Shown: one piece after another, positions 18,750 through 28,732 of the stretch
Numbering within the stretch: position 1 is the stretch's first letter
How the letters are laid out: each line of letters starts with the position of its first letter
DNA from: Bacillota bacterium
GTDB lineage: Bacteria > Bacillota > Clostridia > Oscillospirales > Ethanoligenentaceae
Direction of reading: 5' to 3'
NCBI GenBank assembly: GCA_023391835.1
Contig: JAEWAE010000020.1
Coordinates: 1 to 57,140 of the forward strand
Length of the DNA: 57,140 nt
The notes under the pieces: model-generated
The model's database searches: none
Seen by the model: only the letters and a program-made list of their open reading frames with translations
What the model was told of the DNA's origin: nothing
Position numbers and translations under genes: made by a program

Positions 18750-20309
18750 ATGCAAGATAAAAAGACGCCGCTTTACCACTTTTTGACCGACCGGGGCGAT
18801 TTTAAATGGAAAATGGCGGTCAAGTCGGTGCTGGCGGGTGCGCTGGCAGGCCTGCTGGCCGTGCTTTACCGTCTGGCCACCGAGAAGGGCACCGACCTGG
18901 CAGTCGCCGCCTACGGCTATATGAAGCTGCACCCCCTGTTGCTGCTCGGCTGGGGGGCGGGGGCATGTTTGGTCGGGCTGCTCATCGCGTGGCTGATTCG
19001 CTGGGAACCCATGGCCGCGGGCGGCGGCGTCCCCCAGGTGGAGGGGGTCGTGCTGTACGGGCTTAAAATGCGCTGGTACGCCGTCATCGCCGTGCGCTAC
19101 ATAGCCGGCATCCTGGGGTCGCTTTTCGGCCTTTCCTTCGGGCCGGAAGGGCCCTCCATCCAGATGGGCGCGGCCGTCAATCAGGGCGTCTCGCAAAAGC
19201 TGTGCAAGACCAGACTCGAGAAGAATTATCTCGTGACCGCGGGCGCGGCCGCCGGGCTGACGGCCGCCTTCAGCGCGCCGCTGACGGGCATGATTTTCGC
19301 GCTGGAGGAAATCCACCGCAGCTTTTCTCCCATCATTCTGCTGTCGGCCACCACGGCGTCGCTGATGTCCGATTTCATATCGAAATATTTTTTCGGCCTG
19401 CAGCCGATCCTCTATTTTCAGAATGTGCCGCAGCTGCCGCTGCATTTGTATATCTGGCTGCTGCCGCTGGGCATTTTTGTGGGGCTTATGGGCGTGGTCA
19501 CCAATTACGGCATGCTGCTGTTCCAGAGCCTTTACAATAAAATTCCCCTGTGGCTGCGCCCGCCCGTCGCGCTGCTGCTGGCCATCCCCTGCGGGCTTCT
19601 GCTGCCCGAAGTACTGGGCGGCGGGCGCAATCTCATCCCCATCGTCGAGCAGGCCCGCTACTCCCTCGCCGTCGTGGCGCTGCTGCTGGCGGTGAAAATC
19701 CTGTTTTCCTGCACCAGCTTCGGCAGCGGCACACCCGGGGGTATTTTCATGCCCATCATCGCCATCGGCGCCCTGTCGGGCAGCGCTTTCGGGCTGGCGG
19801 CGGTGCCGATGGGGCTGCCGGCACGGTTTCTGCCGGTATTCGTCGTGTGCGCCATGGCGGGCGGACTCTCTTCCTCGGTGAAGGCGCCGGTGACGAGCAT
19901 CGTGCTCACCGCCGAGCTCACCGGCTCCTTCGTGCATATCCTGCCGGTGGCCATCTGCACCTTCACGGGGCTGCTCATATCCGACCTGTGCCGCACCCAG
20001 CCGCTCTATGAGGCGCTGCTGCGCCGTTTCATCGTCAAGAATGGCTATGAGCGCACCGACGACCGCCGCGGCGAGCTGCTGGAATTCCCCGTGGAATTCG
20101 GCAGCGCCGTCAGCGGCAAACCGCTCAAGGCGGTGGCCTGGCCGGCCGGTTCCCTCATCGTCGCCGTGCGCCGCGGGTCGGAAGAGCTCATTCCCCGGGG
20201 CGACACCCGTCTGATGCCGGGCGATTACCTGCTCATGCTCGCGCCCCGCAACAAGGACTATCTGGTCAAGCGGAAAGTCAAGCGCCTGTGCCGCGCCGTG
20301 GGCAAATAG
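18750..20309 (+). CDS. ClC family voltage-gated chloride channel / H+-Cl- antiporter with C-terminal TrkA-C/RCK_C domain
   Basis: GPEGP and GxFxP-type selectivity motifs are present with a C-terminal soluble regulatory domain. The start may be 18720 instead. Confidence 0.85.
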   Translation: MQDKKTPLYHFLTDRGDFKWKMAVKSVLAGALAGLLAVLYRLATEKGTDLAVAAYGYMKLHPLLLLGWGAGACLVGLLIAWLIRWEPMAAGGGVPQVEGVVLYGLKMRWYAVIAVRYIAGILGSLFGLSFGPEGPSIQMGAAVNQGVSQKLCKTRLEKNYLVTAGAAAGLTAAFSAPLTGMIFALEEIHRSFSPIILLSATTASLMSDFISKYFFGLQPILYFQNVPQLPLHLYIWLLPLGIFVGLMGVVTNYGMLLFQSLYNKIPLWLRPPVALLLAIPCGLLLPEVLGGGRNLIPIVEQARYSLAVVALLLAVKILFSCTSFGSGTPGGIFMPIIAIGALSGSAFGLAAVPMGLPARFLPVFVVCAMAGGLSSSVKAPVTSIVLTAELTGSFVHILPVAICTFTGLLISDLCRTQPLYEALLRRFIVKNGYERTDDRRGELLEFPVEFGSAVSGKPLKAVAWPAGSLIVAVRRGSEELIPRGDTRLMPGDYLLMLAPRNKDYLVKRKVKRLCRAVGK

Positions 20310-20357
20310 CTGCCCCACGGCAATTTCAGTCATACTTATCGGTTGCAGACAGACGCA

Positions 20358-20400
20358 AAGCCGCCGTCATCCGGTCAAACCGGACAACGGCGGTTTTTTA
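20358..20400 (+). terminator. rho-independent terminator (GCCGCCGT…ACGGCGG + T-run)
   Basis: A hairpin plus TTTTTT lies after the ClC gene, in the convergent gap before htrA. Confidence 0.5.
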
Positions 20401-20463
20401 TGGCAACGGCGGCACCCGCCGCCCGGATGCCGGGGAGCGGGTGCCGACCGGGAGGGTGGAGGG

Positions 20464-21939
20464 TCAGCCGGTCAGACCGTAATTGGAGCTGTTATCCGAG
20501 CTGCCCGAGCCGTAGCCGTAGCTGCCGCTCTGACGGGAGGATGAAGACGAAGAGGACGACGTGGTGGTGCCCTTATCCTCCGCAAGCTTGACGGTGACCG
20601 TCAGGGTCTTGCCGGTGGAGGTACGGTAAACGGTCAGCTGCATGGTCTCGCCGGACTTGTGCTTGCTCTCGATCTGATAGAGACCGTCGAAGGTGGTGAC
20701 GGCCGTGCCGTCGGCCTTGGTGATAATGTCGCCGGCCTGGATGCCCTGCGCGGCCGCGCTGCTGCCGCTTTCCACCGAGCGGACGAGCAGGCCCGCCGGG
20801 TAGCCGAAGGCGCTGGCACGATCGGAGTCAATGGCGGTGACGGAAACGCCCAGCTTCACCCGGCCGGTGACATAGCCGTACTGGATGATATCGTTGACTA
20901 CGGGCTGGGCGGTGTTGATGGGGATGGCGAAGCCCATGCCCTCATAACCGGTGGCGGAAATTTTGGAGGATGTGATGCCGATGACCTGCCCCTCCATATT
21001 GACCAGCGCGCCGCCGGAGTTGCCGGGGTTGATGGCCGCGTCGGTCTGGATGAAGGTCTCGGTGTAACCGCTCTCGGTGGTGAGGGTGCGGTTGGCGGCC
21101 GACACGATGCCCGAAGTCACCGAGCCGGAAAACTCAATGCCGCCCGGGTTGCCGATGGCGAGCACCGACTCGGCGGCGGTCACCTGGTCGGAATTGCCGA
21201 AGGTGGCGGCGGTCAGGCCCGTGGCGCCGATTTTGAGCACGGCCAGATCGGTGCGGGTGTCGGAGCCGACGACCTTGGCGGTGTATTTTTTATTGTTCGC
21301 CAGCACCACTTGGACACTGGAAGCCCCATCGATGACGTGCTCGTTGGTGATGATGTAGCCGTCGGCGCTCATGACGATGCCGGAGCCCTCCGAACTGGGC
21401 GACACCGAGTTGGACGTGTAGCTTTCGATGGTGACGATGGAGTCTTTGACTTTATTATAGACCTGCTGAGCGGTGGAGGTGGAAGTCACGGCGGTATTCT
21501 GCACCTGGAGCGCCGCCGTGGAGGTGCTGCTCGAAGCGGCGGACGACGCGGAGTAAAGGCTGCCGCCCCGGCCGAGGCTCACGGCGCCGAAGCCCGCCAG
21601 CCCGATGACCGCCACCGCCAGCAGGGAGCCGACCCCCGCCAGCACCAGCTTGCGCACCCCGACCCGGGCACGCAGCGCTGGCAGCCAGTTTTTCCGGCGG
21701 GGGCCCGGCCCCTCGCCCACGGGCGCGCCGCCCATGCCGGAGGCATCCTCTGCGGAAGAGGCGGAAAAGTTGTAGGGCTCATCCGGCACCGCGCCGCCGG
21801 TGTCGGAAGCCGCCCGGGCACCGCCGTCAGCCTGCTCATTGGAGCCGCCGGCCGACTCGTCAAAAATTTCCCGGTAAGACACATCCCCGTCGCCGGGCTG
21901 TGCGTTACGGCCGCTGTGAGAGAAGTCTTTGTATTCCAT
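20464..21939 (-). CDS. HtrA/DegP-like trypsin-family serine protease with PDZ domain and Ser/Thr-rich tail
   Basis: The S1C catalytic motifs GNSGGAL and HVIDGAS are present with a PDZ domain. The C-terminus is low-complexity S/T-rich, and the N-terminus has a TM segment after an acidic region. An AGGAGG SD precedes the ATG at 21939. Confidence 0.85.
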   Translation of the reverse strand: MEYKDFSHSGRNAQPGDGDVSYREIFDESAGGSNEQADGGARAASDTGGAVPDEPYNFSASSAEDASGMGGAPVGEGPGPRRKNWLPALRARVGVRKLVLAGVGSLLAVAVIGLAGFGAVSLGRGGSLYSASSAASSSTSTAALQVQNTAVTSTSTAQQVYNKVKDSIVTIESYTSNSVSPSSEGSGIVMSADGYIITNEHVIDGASSVQVVLANNKKYTAKVVGSDTRTDLAVLKIGATGLTAATFGNSDQVTAAESVLAIGNPGGIEFSGSVTSGIVSAANRTLTTESGYTETFIQTDAAINPGNSGGALVNMEGQVIGITSSKISATGYEGMGFAIPINTAQPVVNDIIQYGYVTGRVKLGVSVTAIDSDRASAFGYPAGLLVRSVESGSSAAAQGIQAGDIITKADGTAVTTFDGLYQIESKHKSGETMQLTVYRTSTGKTLTVTVKLAEDKGTTTSSSSSSSSRQSGSYGYGSGSSDNSSNYGLTG

Positions 21940-22079
21940 AAGGATAACCTCCTGTCGGGTCTTGTTTTCTTTTGGTGCCTTTAGTATACCGGGCAAATTT
22001 GACAGGCGTTTGAACGGAATGCGTCCGGTTTGCAAATGTATTTTTGCCGAATTGTGAACGGCCGCGGGGAAAAAACGTT

Positions 22080-22094
22080 ACGTTACCGTAACGT
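22080..22094. promoter_or_regulatory. perfect 7-1-7 palindrome ACGTTACCGTAACGT, flanked by AACGTT half-repeats, in the divergent htrA/lacI-family regulator intergenic region
   Basis: The palindrome was read directly and is the only strongly AT-rich symmetric element in the region. It is a candidate operator. Confidence 0.3.
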
Positions 22095-22132
22095 TATATT
22101 AACGATATTATCTATAAATATATCGGTTATTA

Positions 22133-22162
22133 TTGCGTTATGCTGTCGTACTGTGGTATACT
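22133..22162 (+). promoter_or_regulatory. candidate sigma-A promoter (TTGCGT-N18-TGgTATACT extended -10) for the LacI-family regulator
   Basis: Hexamers read from the sequence, about 30 nt upstream of the start. Confidence 0.35.
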
Positions 22163-22191
22163 GTCCGTGTGATTTATATCGGGACGGAGGG

Positions 22192-23190
22192 ATGCGGATG
22201 CGCACGGAAAAGCCGCGCATGGCGGATATTGCACGGGAGCTGGGGATTTCCACCATTTCGGTCAGCCGGGCGCTGGCCGGCCAGGAGGGCGTGAGCGACG
22301 AGCTGCGCCGCCGGATTGTGCAGAAGGCTGCCGACATGGGTTATTTCCGCGCCGCTCACACCCTCGACGGCAGCCGGGTGCTGGTGCTCCACCAGAAACC
22401 CCTGGTGCAGGACAACGGCAATTTCAGCCGTATCCTGCAGGGTGTGGAGCAGGAACTGCAGCAGGCCGGCTGCGAGTATGACCTGGCTTTTGTGGATAAG
22501 GAAAAACAGCTGAGCGGCATACTCCCGTGCAAGGTGCGCAAGGGGGTGCCCTACGCCGCCGTGCTGTATATCGGCGGCTTTGACGCCGCCTATGTGCGCC
22601 GGCTGAGCACGCTCATCGGCAGCGCCGTGTGCTGCACCGGCTATTCGCCCGCCGCGGAATGCGACGGGGTGTGGTATCATTTCAACCGCGCCGCGTGGCG
22701 GCAGTGCGACTATCTGCTCGCCCGGGGGCACCGGCGCATCGGCTATGTGGGCAATAGCCTGGGCTATGTCAGCCGGGAAAAAATCGCGGGCATCACCATG
22801 GCGCTGGGTGCCGCGGGCCTTGCGGCGGACGAGCGCTTTTTCTGCCCGTCGATGGAGGATTTTTCCGCCCGTCTGTGCGGGCTGATCGAAAAGGGCGAAG
22901 GCCCCACGGCGCTGATATGCCAATGGGATTACACCGCCGTGCAGGTCGTCAAGGCGCTCCACGACCGGGGCCTGCGTGTGCCGGAGGATGTGTCGGTGAT
23001 GGGCTTCGGCGACACGGAAATGGCCGCGCTGAGCATCCCCGCTCTCACCACCTGCGACCCGCATATCGACTGCGTCTGCCGCACCGCCGTGGAGCTGCTC
23101 CGCCGGCGGCTGCGCGAGCCGGAGCGGCCGGTGGAAACCGTGCTGATCGACAGCACGCTGGTGGAGCGCGACTCCGTCCGCCCGCTGTAA
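22192..23190 (+). CDS. LacI family transcriptional regulator
   Basis: An N-terminal HTH (MADIARELGISTISVSRAL) is followed by a periplasmic-binding-like sugar-binding domain. A GGAGGG SD lies upstream. Confidence 0.85.
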   Translation: MRMRTEKPRMADIARELGISTISVSRALAGQEGVSDELRRRIVQKAADMGYFRAAHTLDGSRVLVLHQKPLVQDNGNFSRILQGVEQELQQAGCEYDLAFVDKEKQLSGILPCKVRKGVPYAAVLYIGGFDAAYVRRLSTLIGSAVCCTGYSPAAECDGVWYHFNRAAWRQCDYLLARGHRRIGYVGNSLGYVSREKIAGITMALGAAGLAADERFFCPSMEDFSARLCGLIEKGEGPTALICQWDYTAVQVVKALHDRGLRVPEDVSVMGFGDTEMAALSIPALTTCDPHIDCVCRTAVELLRRRLREPERPVETVLIDSTLVERDSVRPL

Positions 23191-23224
23191 GCCGGGTCAT
23201 CCGTGACAGGAAAGGGGTTTTCCA

Positions 23225-24970
23225 ATGGGGGAAAACATCGTCTTTCGATTTATTCGGCAGCATAAGTTCTCGTATATTGCCGGCATCCTGTTTATGCTGC
23301 TTGCGTCCTATGTGCAGACGCTTTTTCCGAAAGTGCTGGGCGACACGGTGGATATTCTCAAAGACCGGCATTTCGCCGCGGCCGCCGTCTATCGCAACAT
23401 CGGCTTCATCCTGCTCATCGCCGCGGGCACCTTTGTGTTTACCTACCTGTGGCGCAATCTGGTCGTCGGCAACGCCCGCCGGCTGGAATGTGACCTGCGG
23501 GAGGAGCTTTTCGGCCATTTCCAGGTCCTTTCGCCCGAGTTTTACAGCACCCGCAAGACCGGCGACCTCATCGCCTATGCCATCAACGACATAAACGCCG
23601 TGCGCATGACCTTCGGCCCGGCGCTTGCCATGTCTGTCAACGGCGTCGTCGTGTGCTGCATATCGGTGTGGTCGATGGCCCACGCGGTCAACTGGGGGCT
23701 AACGCTGCTGGCGCTGGTGCCGGTGCCGCTGATGGTGGCCATCATGATCCGCATCGGGCAGCTGGTCAAGCAGCGTTTCCGCCGCGTGCAGGAAACCTTC
23801 GCCTCCATTTCCGACCGTGTCAACGAAAACATCAACGGCAGCCGGGTCATCAAGGCCTATGCCCAGGAGGATGCCGAGGTGATGCGTTTTGAGACGCTCA
23901 ACGCCCGCATGCGCGACTCGAATCTGGGCATGGTGCGGGTTTCCTCGGTGCTGTCGCCGCTCATCGAGCTGTGCTTCACGCTCAGCTTCGTGCTCAACCT
24001 TATCCTCGGCGGCAATCTGGTGCTCCGGGGACGCATCTCGCTGGGCGATTTCGTGGCCTTCAACGGTTATCTGACGATGATTCTGGCACCCATCCTTTCC
24101 ATCGGGCGGGTCATCACCATCTTCCAGCGCGGCATGGCATCGCTTGGGCGGCTCAACGACATCCTGAAGGTGCCGCCCAAGCTGCGCGACACCGGCCGCG
24201 TGACGCGGCTGCCGGCGGATTACGCCATCCGCATCCACGACCTTTCCTTCACCTACCCCGGCGCGTCGGAAGAGTCGCTGCGCCACATTTCCCTGGATGT
24301 GCCCAAGGGCCACACGCTGGGCATCGTGGGCCGCACCGGCTCGGGCAAAAGCACCCTGTGCAGCCTGCTGCTCAAGCTCTATAACGTGGAGGACGGCAGG
24401 ATCTTTTTCGGCGACACCGACATCAATTCCCTGCGGATAGAGACGCTGCGCGGCTCCTTCGGCTTCGTGCCGCAGGACACTTTCCTTTTCCGGGCCTCCA
24501 TCGCCGATAACATCCGCTTTTTCAGCCCCGACTATTCCGACGAGGCCGTGCGCCGGGCCGCCCGCGACAGCTGCATCGAAAAAAGCATCCGCACGCTGCC
24601 CGGCGGCTTTGCCACCGTGTTGGGCGAGCGGGGCGTCAATCTTTCCGGCGGGCAGAAGCAGCGCATCGCCATCGCCCGGGCGCTGATCCGCGACCCGAAA
24701 ATTCTTATGCTCGACGATTCCCTCTCGGCGGTGGACACCGTCACCGAAACCGCCATTCTTGAAAACCTGCGCCGGCTGCGGCAGGGCAAAACCACCCTCA
24801 TCGTCGCCAGCCGCATTTCGGCGGTGATGCAGGCCGACGAAATTCTCGTGCTCGACGGGGGCGAAATCAAAGAACGCGGCACCCATGAGCAGCTGCTGCG
24901 GGAAGGGGGGCTTTACCGTGAAATCTACGACTACCAGTTCCGCGCCGAAAGCGCCGACGACGCCTCATAA
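23225..24970 (+). CDS. ABC transporter ATP-binding protein/permease (type I exporter half-transporter)
   Basis: Six N-terminal TM helices precede an NBD with Walker A GRTGSGKST, the LSGGQKQR signature and Walker B ILMLDD. Confidence 0.9.
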   Translation: MGENIVFRFIRQHKFSYIAGILFMLLASYVQTLFPKVLGDTVDILKDRHFAAAAVYRNIGFILLIAAGTFVFTYLWRNLVVGNARRLECDLREELFGHFQVLSPEFYSTRKTGDLIAYAINDINAVRMTFGPALAMSVNGVVVCCISVWSMAHAVNWGLTLLALVPVPLMVAIMIRIGQLVKQRFRRVQETFASISDRVNENINGSRVIKAYAQEDAEVMRFETLNARMRDSNLGMVRVSSVLSPLIELCFTLSFVLNLILGGNLVLRGRISLGDFVAFNGYLTMILAPILSIGRVITIFQRGMASLGRLNDILKVPPKLRDTGRVTRLPADYAIRIHDLSFTYPGASEESLRHISLDVPKGHTLGIVGRTGSGKSTLCSLLLKLYNVEDGRIFFGDTDINSLRIETLRGSFGFVPQDTFLFRASIADNIRFFSPDYSDEAVRRAARDSCIEKSIRTLPGGFATVLGERGVNLSGGQKQRIAIARALIRDPKILMLDDSLSAVDTVTETAILENLRRLRQGKTTLIVASRISAVMQADEILVLDGGEIKERGTHEQLLREGGLYREIYDYQFRAESADDAS

Positions 24971-26729
24971 GCGCCAGACCTTCCGCCGTCTGCTGGCGCT
25001 CAACCGCCCGGAGCTGCGGCGCATCATTCTGGCGGCGCTGTGCGTGCTGCTGGTCAACGGCGCGCTGCTCATCAAGCCCTATATTCTCAAGGTCGTCATC
25101 GACGATTTTCTCACCCGGCGCGCCGCCCAGCATGGGCTGTATTCCCTCACCGCCATGGGTGTGCTCTATTTTGCGGTGGTGCTGCTCAGCGGCTTTTTTG
25201 GCGTCGCGCAGGTCAACCTCATCAACACGGCGGGGCAGAATATCATGCGCACTCTGCGGGGGAGGGTCTTCCGCACCATCCAGTTCCTGCCGCTGCGGTT
25301 TCTTGACAAGACCTCCTCCGGCAGCCTCATCACCCGGGCCACCAACGACGTGGAGGCTTTGAGCGAGTTTTACACCGACGTGCTCATCAGCCTGTTTCAG
25401 GATGTCTTCCTCATTCTGGGCATCATCGGCGCCATGCTGGCGATGGATGTGCGGCTGACGCTGGTGTCTTTCTGCGTCATCCCGGTGATGCTCACCATCA
25501 TTTTCCTCATGCGCACCAAGGTCAAACGGAATTTTCAGAAAATGAAAGCCCTCATCGGGCACATCAACGGCTTCATGGCGGAAAATCTCGCGGGCATGAA
25601 GACCGTGCAGATTTTCCACGGCGAAGCGGAAAAGCACCGGGAATTCCACGCTCTCAACGGCGAGTATTATGCGGTGACAAAATTCCAGGTCTGGCTCAAC
25701 AGCATCCTTAAGCCGGCAACCACCGTCTTTCAGAATCTGGCCATTTCGCTGCTCATCTGGTACGGCATGGGCAAAATCGCCGCCGGCACTCTTGAGATCG
25801 GCGTGCTCTACGCCTTCACCACGTATATCCGCCAGTTTTTCGACCCCATTTCAGATCTGGCCGACAATTACACCAACATCCAGTCGGCCTTTGTGTCGGC
25901 CGACCGCATTTTGGAGCTGCTGGATCAGCAGAACTCGCTGGAGGACCTCGACCGGGGGCAGAGCGCCGGGCGCATCGCAGGCGAAATCGAGTTCCGGCAT
26001 GTCTGGTTTGCCTACAGCGGGGAAAACTGGGTGCTCAAAGACGTGAGCTTCACGGTGCCCAAAGGTCGCACCGCCGCCTTCGTGGGTGAGACCGGCGCCG
26101 GCAAAACCACCATCATCAGCCTTATCAGCGGCTTTTACCGCGTCCAGCGCGGAGAAATCCTTATCGACGGGGTGAATATCGACTCCATCAAAAAGCGTGA
26201 CCTGCGGCGCAACATCGCCGTGGTGCTGCAGGATGTATTCCTCTTTTCCGACACCATCGCGAGCAACATCACCCTCAACGACCCCATACCGGAAGAGACT
26301 GTCCAGCGGGCGGTGGACGCCGCCTGCGCCCGCGAGTTTGTCGACGGCCTGCCCGGGGGCATCCGTGAGCCGGTGATGGAGCGGGGCAACACCCTGTCGG
26401 CCGGCCAGCGCCAGCTGATTTCCTTCGCGCGGGCCATTGCCCACGACCCGGCCGTCATCGTGCTCGACGAGGCCACCGCCAATATCGACTCCCACACCGA
26501 GCAGCTTATCCAGCGGGCCATCGACCACATGGCGAAGGACCGTACCGCCCTGATCATCGCCCATCGGCTTTCCACCATCCGGGGTGCCGACCGCATCATC
26601 GTGCTCCAGAATGGCCGCATCGTCGAGACGGGCACCCACGCGGAGCTGATGGCCGCCGACGGCTATTACCGCCATATGGAGGAAGAGGGGCTCAGCGGCG
26701 AGGCGTCCCTGTCGGCCGCCGGGGCCTGA
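24885..26729 (+). CDS. ABC transporter ATP-binding protein/permease (partner half-transporter of heterodimeric exporter)
   Basis: TM domain plus NBD ([24 protein letters not shown]). The start is ambiguous: the ATG at 24885 overlaps the upstream gene, while the GTG at 24918 follows a GGAAGGGGGG SD. Confidence 0.85.
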   Translation: MSSCCGKGGFTVKSTTTSSAPKAPTTPHKRQTFRRLLALNRPELRRIILAALCVLLVNGALLIKPYILKVVIDDFLTRRAAQHGLYSLTAMGVLYFAVVLLSGFFGVAQVNLINTAGQNIMRTLRGRVFRTIQFLPLRFLDKTSSGSLITRATNDVEALSEFYTDVLISLFQDVFLILGIIGAMLAMDVRLTLVSFCVIPVMLTIIFLMRTKVKRNFQKMKALIGHINGFMAENLAGMKTVQIFHGEAEKHREFHALNGEYYAVTKFQVWLNSILKPATTVFQNLAISLLIWYGMGKIAAGTLEIGVLYAFTTYIRQFFDPISDLADNYTNIQSAFVSADRILELLDQQNSLEDLDRGQSAGRIAGEIEFRHVWFAYSGENWVLKDVSFTVPKGRTAAFVGETGAGKTTIISLISGFYRVQRGEILIDGVNIDSIKKRDLRRNIAVVLQDVFLFSDTIASNITLNDPIPEETVQRAVDAACAREFVDGLPGGIREPVMERGNTLSAGQRQLISFARAIAHDPAVIVLDEATANIDSHTEQLIQRAIDHMAKDRTALIIAHRLSTIRGADRIIVLQNGRIVETGTHAELMAADGYYRHMEEEGLSGEASLSAAGA

Positions 26730-26778
26730 GCGCGTCCGGCCCCAAACCTCAATCCGACCGAAAAAGCGAGGCTGTATC

Positions 26779-27309
26779 ATGGAACTGCAAACCACACGCA
26801 CCATCCTGCGCCCATGGGAAGAATCGGACGCACCGACTCTCTATGAATACGCCCGCGACCCGCGGGTGGGCCCGGCGGCGGGCTGGCCGCCCCACACAGA
26901 CGTGGAAAACAGCCGGCAGATCATTCGGGACATACTGTCGGCGCCCGAAACCTACGCCCTCATGCTCCGGGAAGGCGGCGGCCCCGTCGGGTGCGTGGGC
27001 CTCAACGGCTATACACCGGGCAAAATGAGCGCCGAGGTCGGCTACTGGCTCGGCGTACCCTACTGGGGCCGGGGTCTGATACCGGAGGCCGTGGGGGAGC
27101 TCATCCGCCACGCCTTTACGGATCTGGGGCTGGAAACGCTCTGGTGCGGCTATTATGAAGGCAATGAAAAATCCCACCGCGTCCAGCAAAAATGCGGCTT
27201 CCGCTATCACCATACGAATGCCGAAACGCCCTGCCCCCTGCTGCATGAGACCCGCACGGAGCATTTCAGCCGCCTCACCAAAGAGCAGTGGGCGGCAGGC
27301 GCTAAATAA
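26779..27309 (+). CDS. GNAT family N-acetyltransferase (RimJ/RimL-like)
   Basis: GNAT fold motifs and a length of 176 aa. Confidence 0.85.
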   Translation: MELQTTRTILRPWEESDAPTLYEYARDPRVGPAAGWPPHTDVENSRQIIRDILSAPETYALMLREGGGPVGCVGLNGYTPGKMSAEVGYWLGVPYWGRGLIPEAVGELIRHAFTDLGLETLWCGYYEGNEKSHRVQQKCGFRYHHTNAETPCPLLHETRTEHFSRLTKEQWAAGAK

Positions 27310-27346
27310 AGCCGGCATGAGCGGCCTTTCCCGCCGTGCCGGCTTT
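27308..27346. terminator. bidirectional terminator hairpin (AAAGCCGGCA…TGCCGGCTTT)
   Basis: Lies between convergent GNAT and HAD genes. Confidence 0.5.
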
Positions 27347-27366
27347 AAGCGACGCGGCCGCCGCGT

Positions 27367-28209
27367 CTACAGCGTGGGCAGCACCTGCGACAGCCAGCGG
27401 GCCACACCGTCCCGGTCGTGGGCGTCGGTCATGTAAGCGGCCGCCTGCCGGCAGAGGGGCGTAGCGTTGGCCACCGCCACCCCGGCGCCCACGAAGGCGA
27501 GCATGGGGGCGTCGTTATCCCCGTCGCCGAAAGCGGCGGTCTCTTCCGGCGAAATACCCAGCCGCTGCAGCAGCGCCGCCAGCGCGCGGTGCTTGCCGCC
27601 CCGGCTGTCGGATATTTCGATAAAGCACGCCCGCGACGCGGTGAGATAAATGCCGGGCACGCGCCGTTCCAACTCGGCCCATATGCGGCGGCGGAATTCC
27701 TCGTCGGTGAAAGACAGGTCAATGGTGTCAAGGGTGCTCCGCCGGGCACGGATAAAGGCAAGGATATCCGCCACCGGACGGCGGGTATCCCGGATATAGC
27801 CCACGCCCCATGCGGAAACGCCGAAGGCCGCCGGGTCGGCATAATAGGCGGCCGAGCAGTAGGGCACGCCGTCCTGCAGCGCCTCGCAGGCCACCGTGCC
27901 GGACTCCACCGCTTCCCCCGCCACCGCCAGGATGCCGTCCACCGCCTCGGGACGCAGCCGGTGACGGAAAAGGCACCGTCCCTCCGGCAGCGCATACGCA
28001 GCGGCGCCGTTGGAGGTGATGGCGAAACGGATGCCCGGCAGGTCGGTCACTTCCCTGGGCAGGGAGGTGAAGGGCCGGCCGCTGGCGATGATCACTTCCC
28101 GCCCGCTGCGGATCATCTCGCCGATGGCCGCGCGGTTGCGGGGGGAAAGCCGGCCCTCCCCGTCGAGAGTGGTACGGTCGAGATCCAGCGCAATGCAGCG
28201 AATGGCCAT
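27367..28209 (-). CDS. Cof-type HAD-IIB family hydrolase
   Basis: HAD motif I (ALDLDRTTL) and motif IV (GDGDND) are present. An AAAGGAAG SD precedes the ATG at 28209. Confidence 0.85.
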   Translation of the reverse strand: MAIRCIALDLDRTTLDGEGRLSPRNRAAIGEMIRSGREVIIASGRPFTSLPREVTDLPGIRFAITSNGAAAYALPEGRCLFRHRLRPEAVDGILAVAGEAVESGTVACEALQDGVPYCSAAYYADPAAFGVSAWGVGYIRDTRRPVADILAFIRARRSTLDTIDLSFTDEEFRRRIWAELERRVPGIYLTASRACFIEISDSRGGKHRALAALLQRLGISPEETAAFGDGDNDAPMLAFVGAGVAVANATPLCRQAAAYMTDAHDRDGVARWLSQVLPTL

Positions 28210-28248
28210 GGCAGGCACTTCCTTTCCGATGGATACGGGCGGCGCCGG

Positions 28249-28277
28249 TTGAAAAAGCCGCCGGGGCGGGCTATACT
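28249..28277 (+). promoter_or_regulatory. candidate sigma-A promoter TTGAAA-N17-TATACT for yjbQ
   Basis: The hexamers and 17-nt spacer were read directly. They lie 60 nt upstream of the ATG. Confidence 0.4.
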
Positions 28278-28336
28278 GGGAGCAGGAGCGGCAGGCGCCG
28301 CCCCGCTTTTTTTATAATTTTAAGGAGAAATGGGAC

Positions 28337-28732
28337 ATGCTCGACTGCTATCGTCTGCAGACCGACCGGGAGGGGTTTATCGATATCACCGGCCCGGTGG
28401 AAGAATCCCTGCGCAAAAGCGGCGTGCACGAGGGGATCTGCGTGGTCTACTGCCCCCACACGACCGCGGGAGTCACCATCAACGAGAATGCCGACCCCGA
28501 CGTGCGCCGCGACCTGCTGCTGGGGCTAAGCCGGGCGCTGCCCGACCGGCCGGATTTCCGCCACGCCGAGGGCAACTCCGCCGCACACCTCAAGGCCTGC
28601 TGCGTAGGCTCCAGCGTGACCATCCCCATCGCCGACGGCGGGCTGGTGCTGGGCACCTGGCAGGGCGTCTATTTTGCCGAATTCGACGGGCCGCGCCGGC
28701 GCGGCTTTTACGTTAAAATTCTGGCCGGATGA
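28337..28732 (+). CDS. yjbQ: YjbQ/UPF0047 family protein (secondary thiamine-phosphate synthase enzyme)
   Basis: Characteristic YjbQ sequence (…HTTAGVTINENADP…, SVTIPI…GxWQG). Confidence 0.85.
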   Translation: MLDCYRLQTDREGFIDITGPVEESLRKSGVHEGICVVYCPHTTAGVTINENADPDVRRDLLLGLSRALPDRPDFRHAEGNSAAHLKACCVGSSVTIPIADGGLVLGTWQGVYFAEFDGPRRRGFYVKILAG

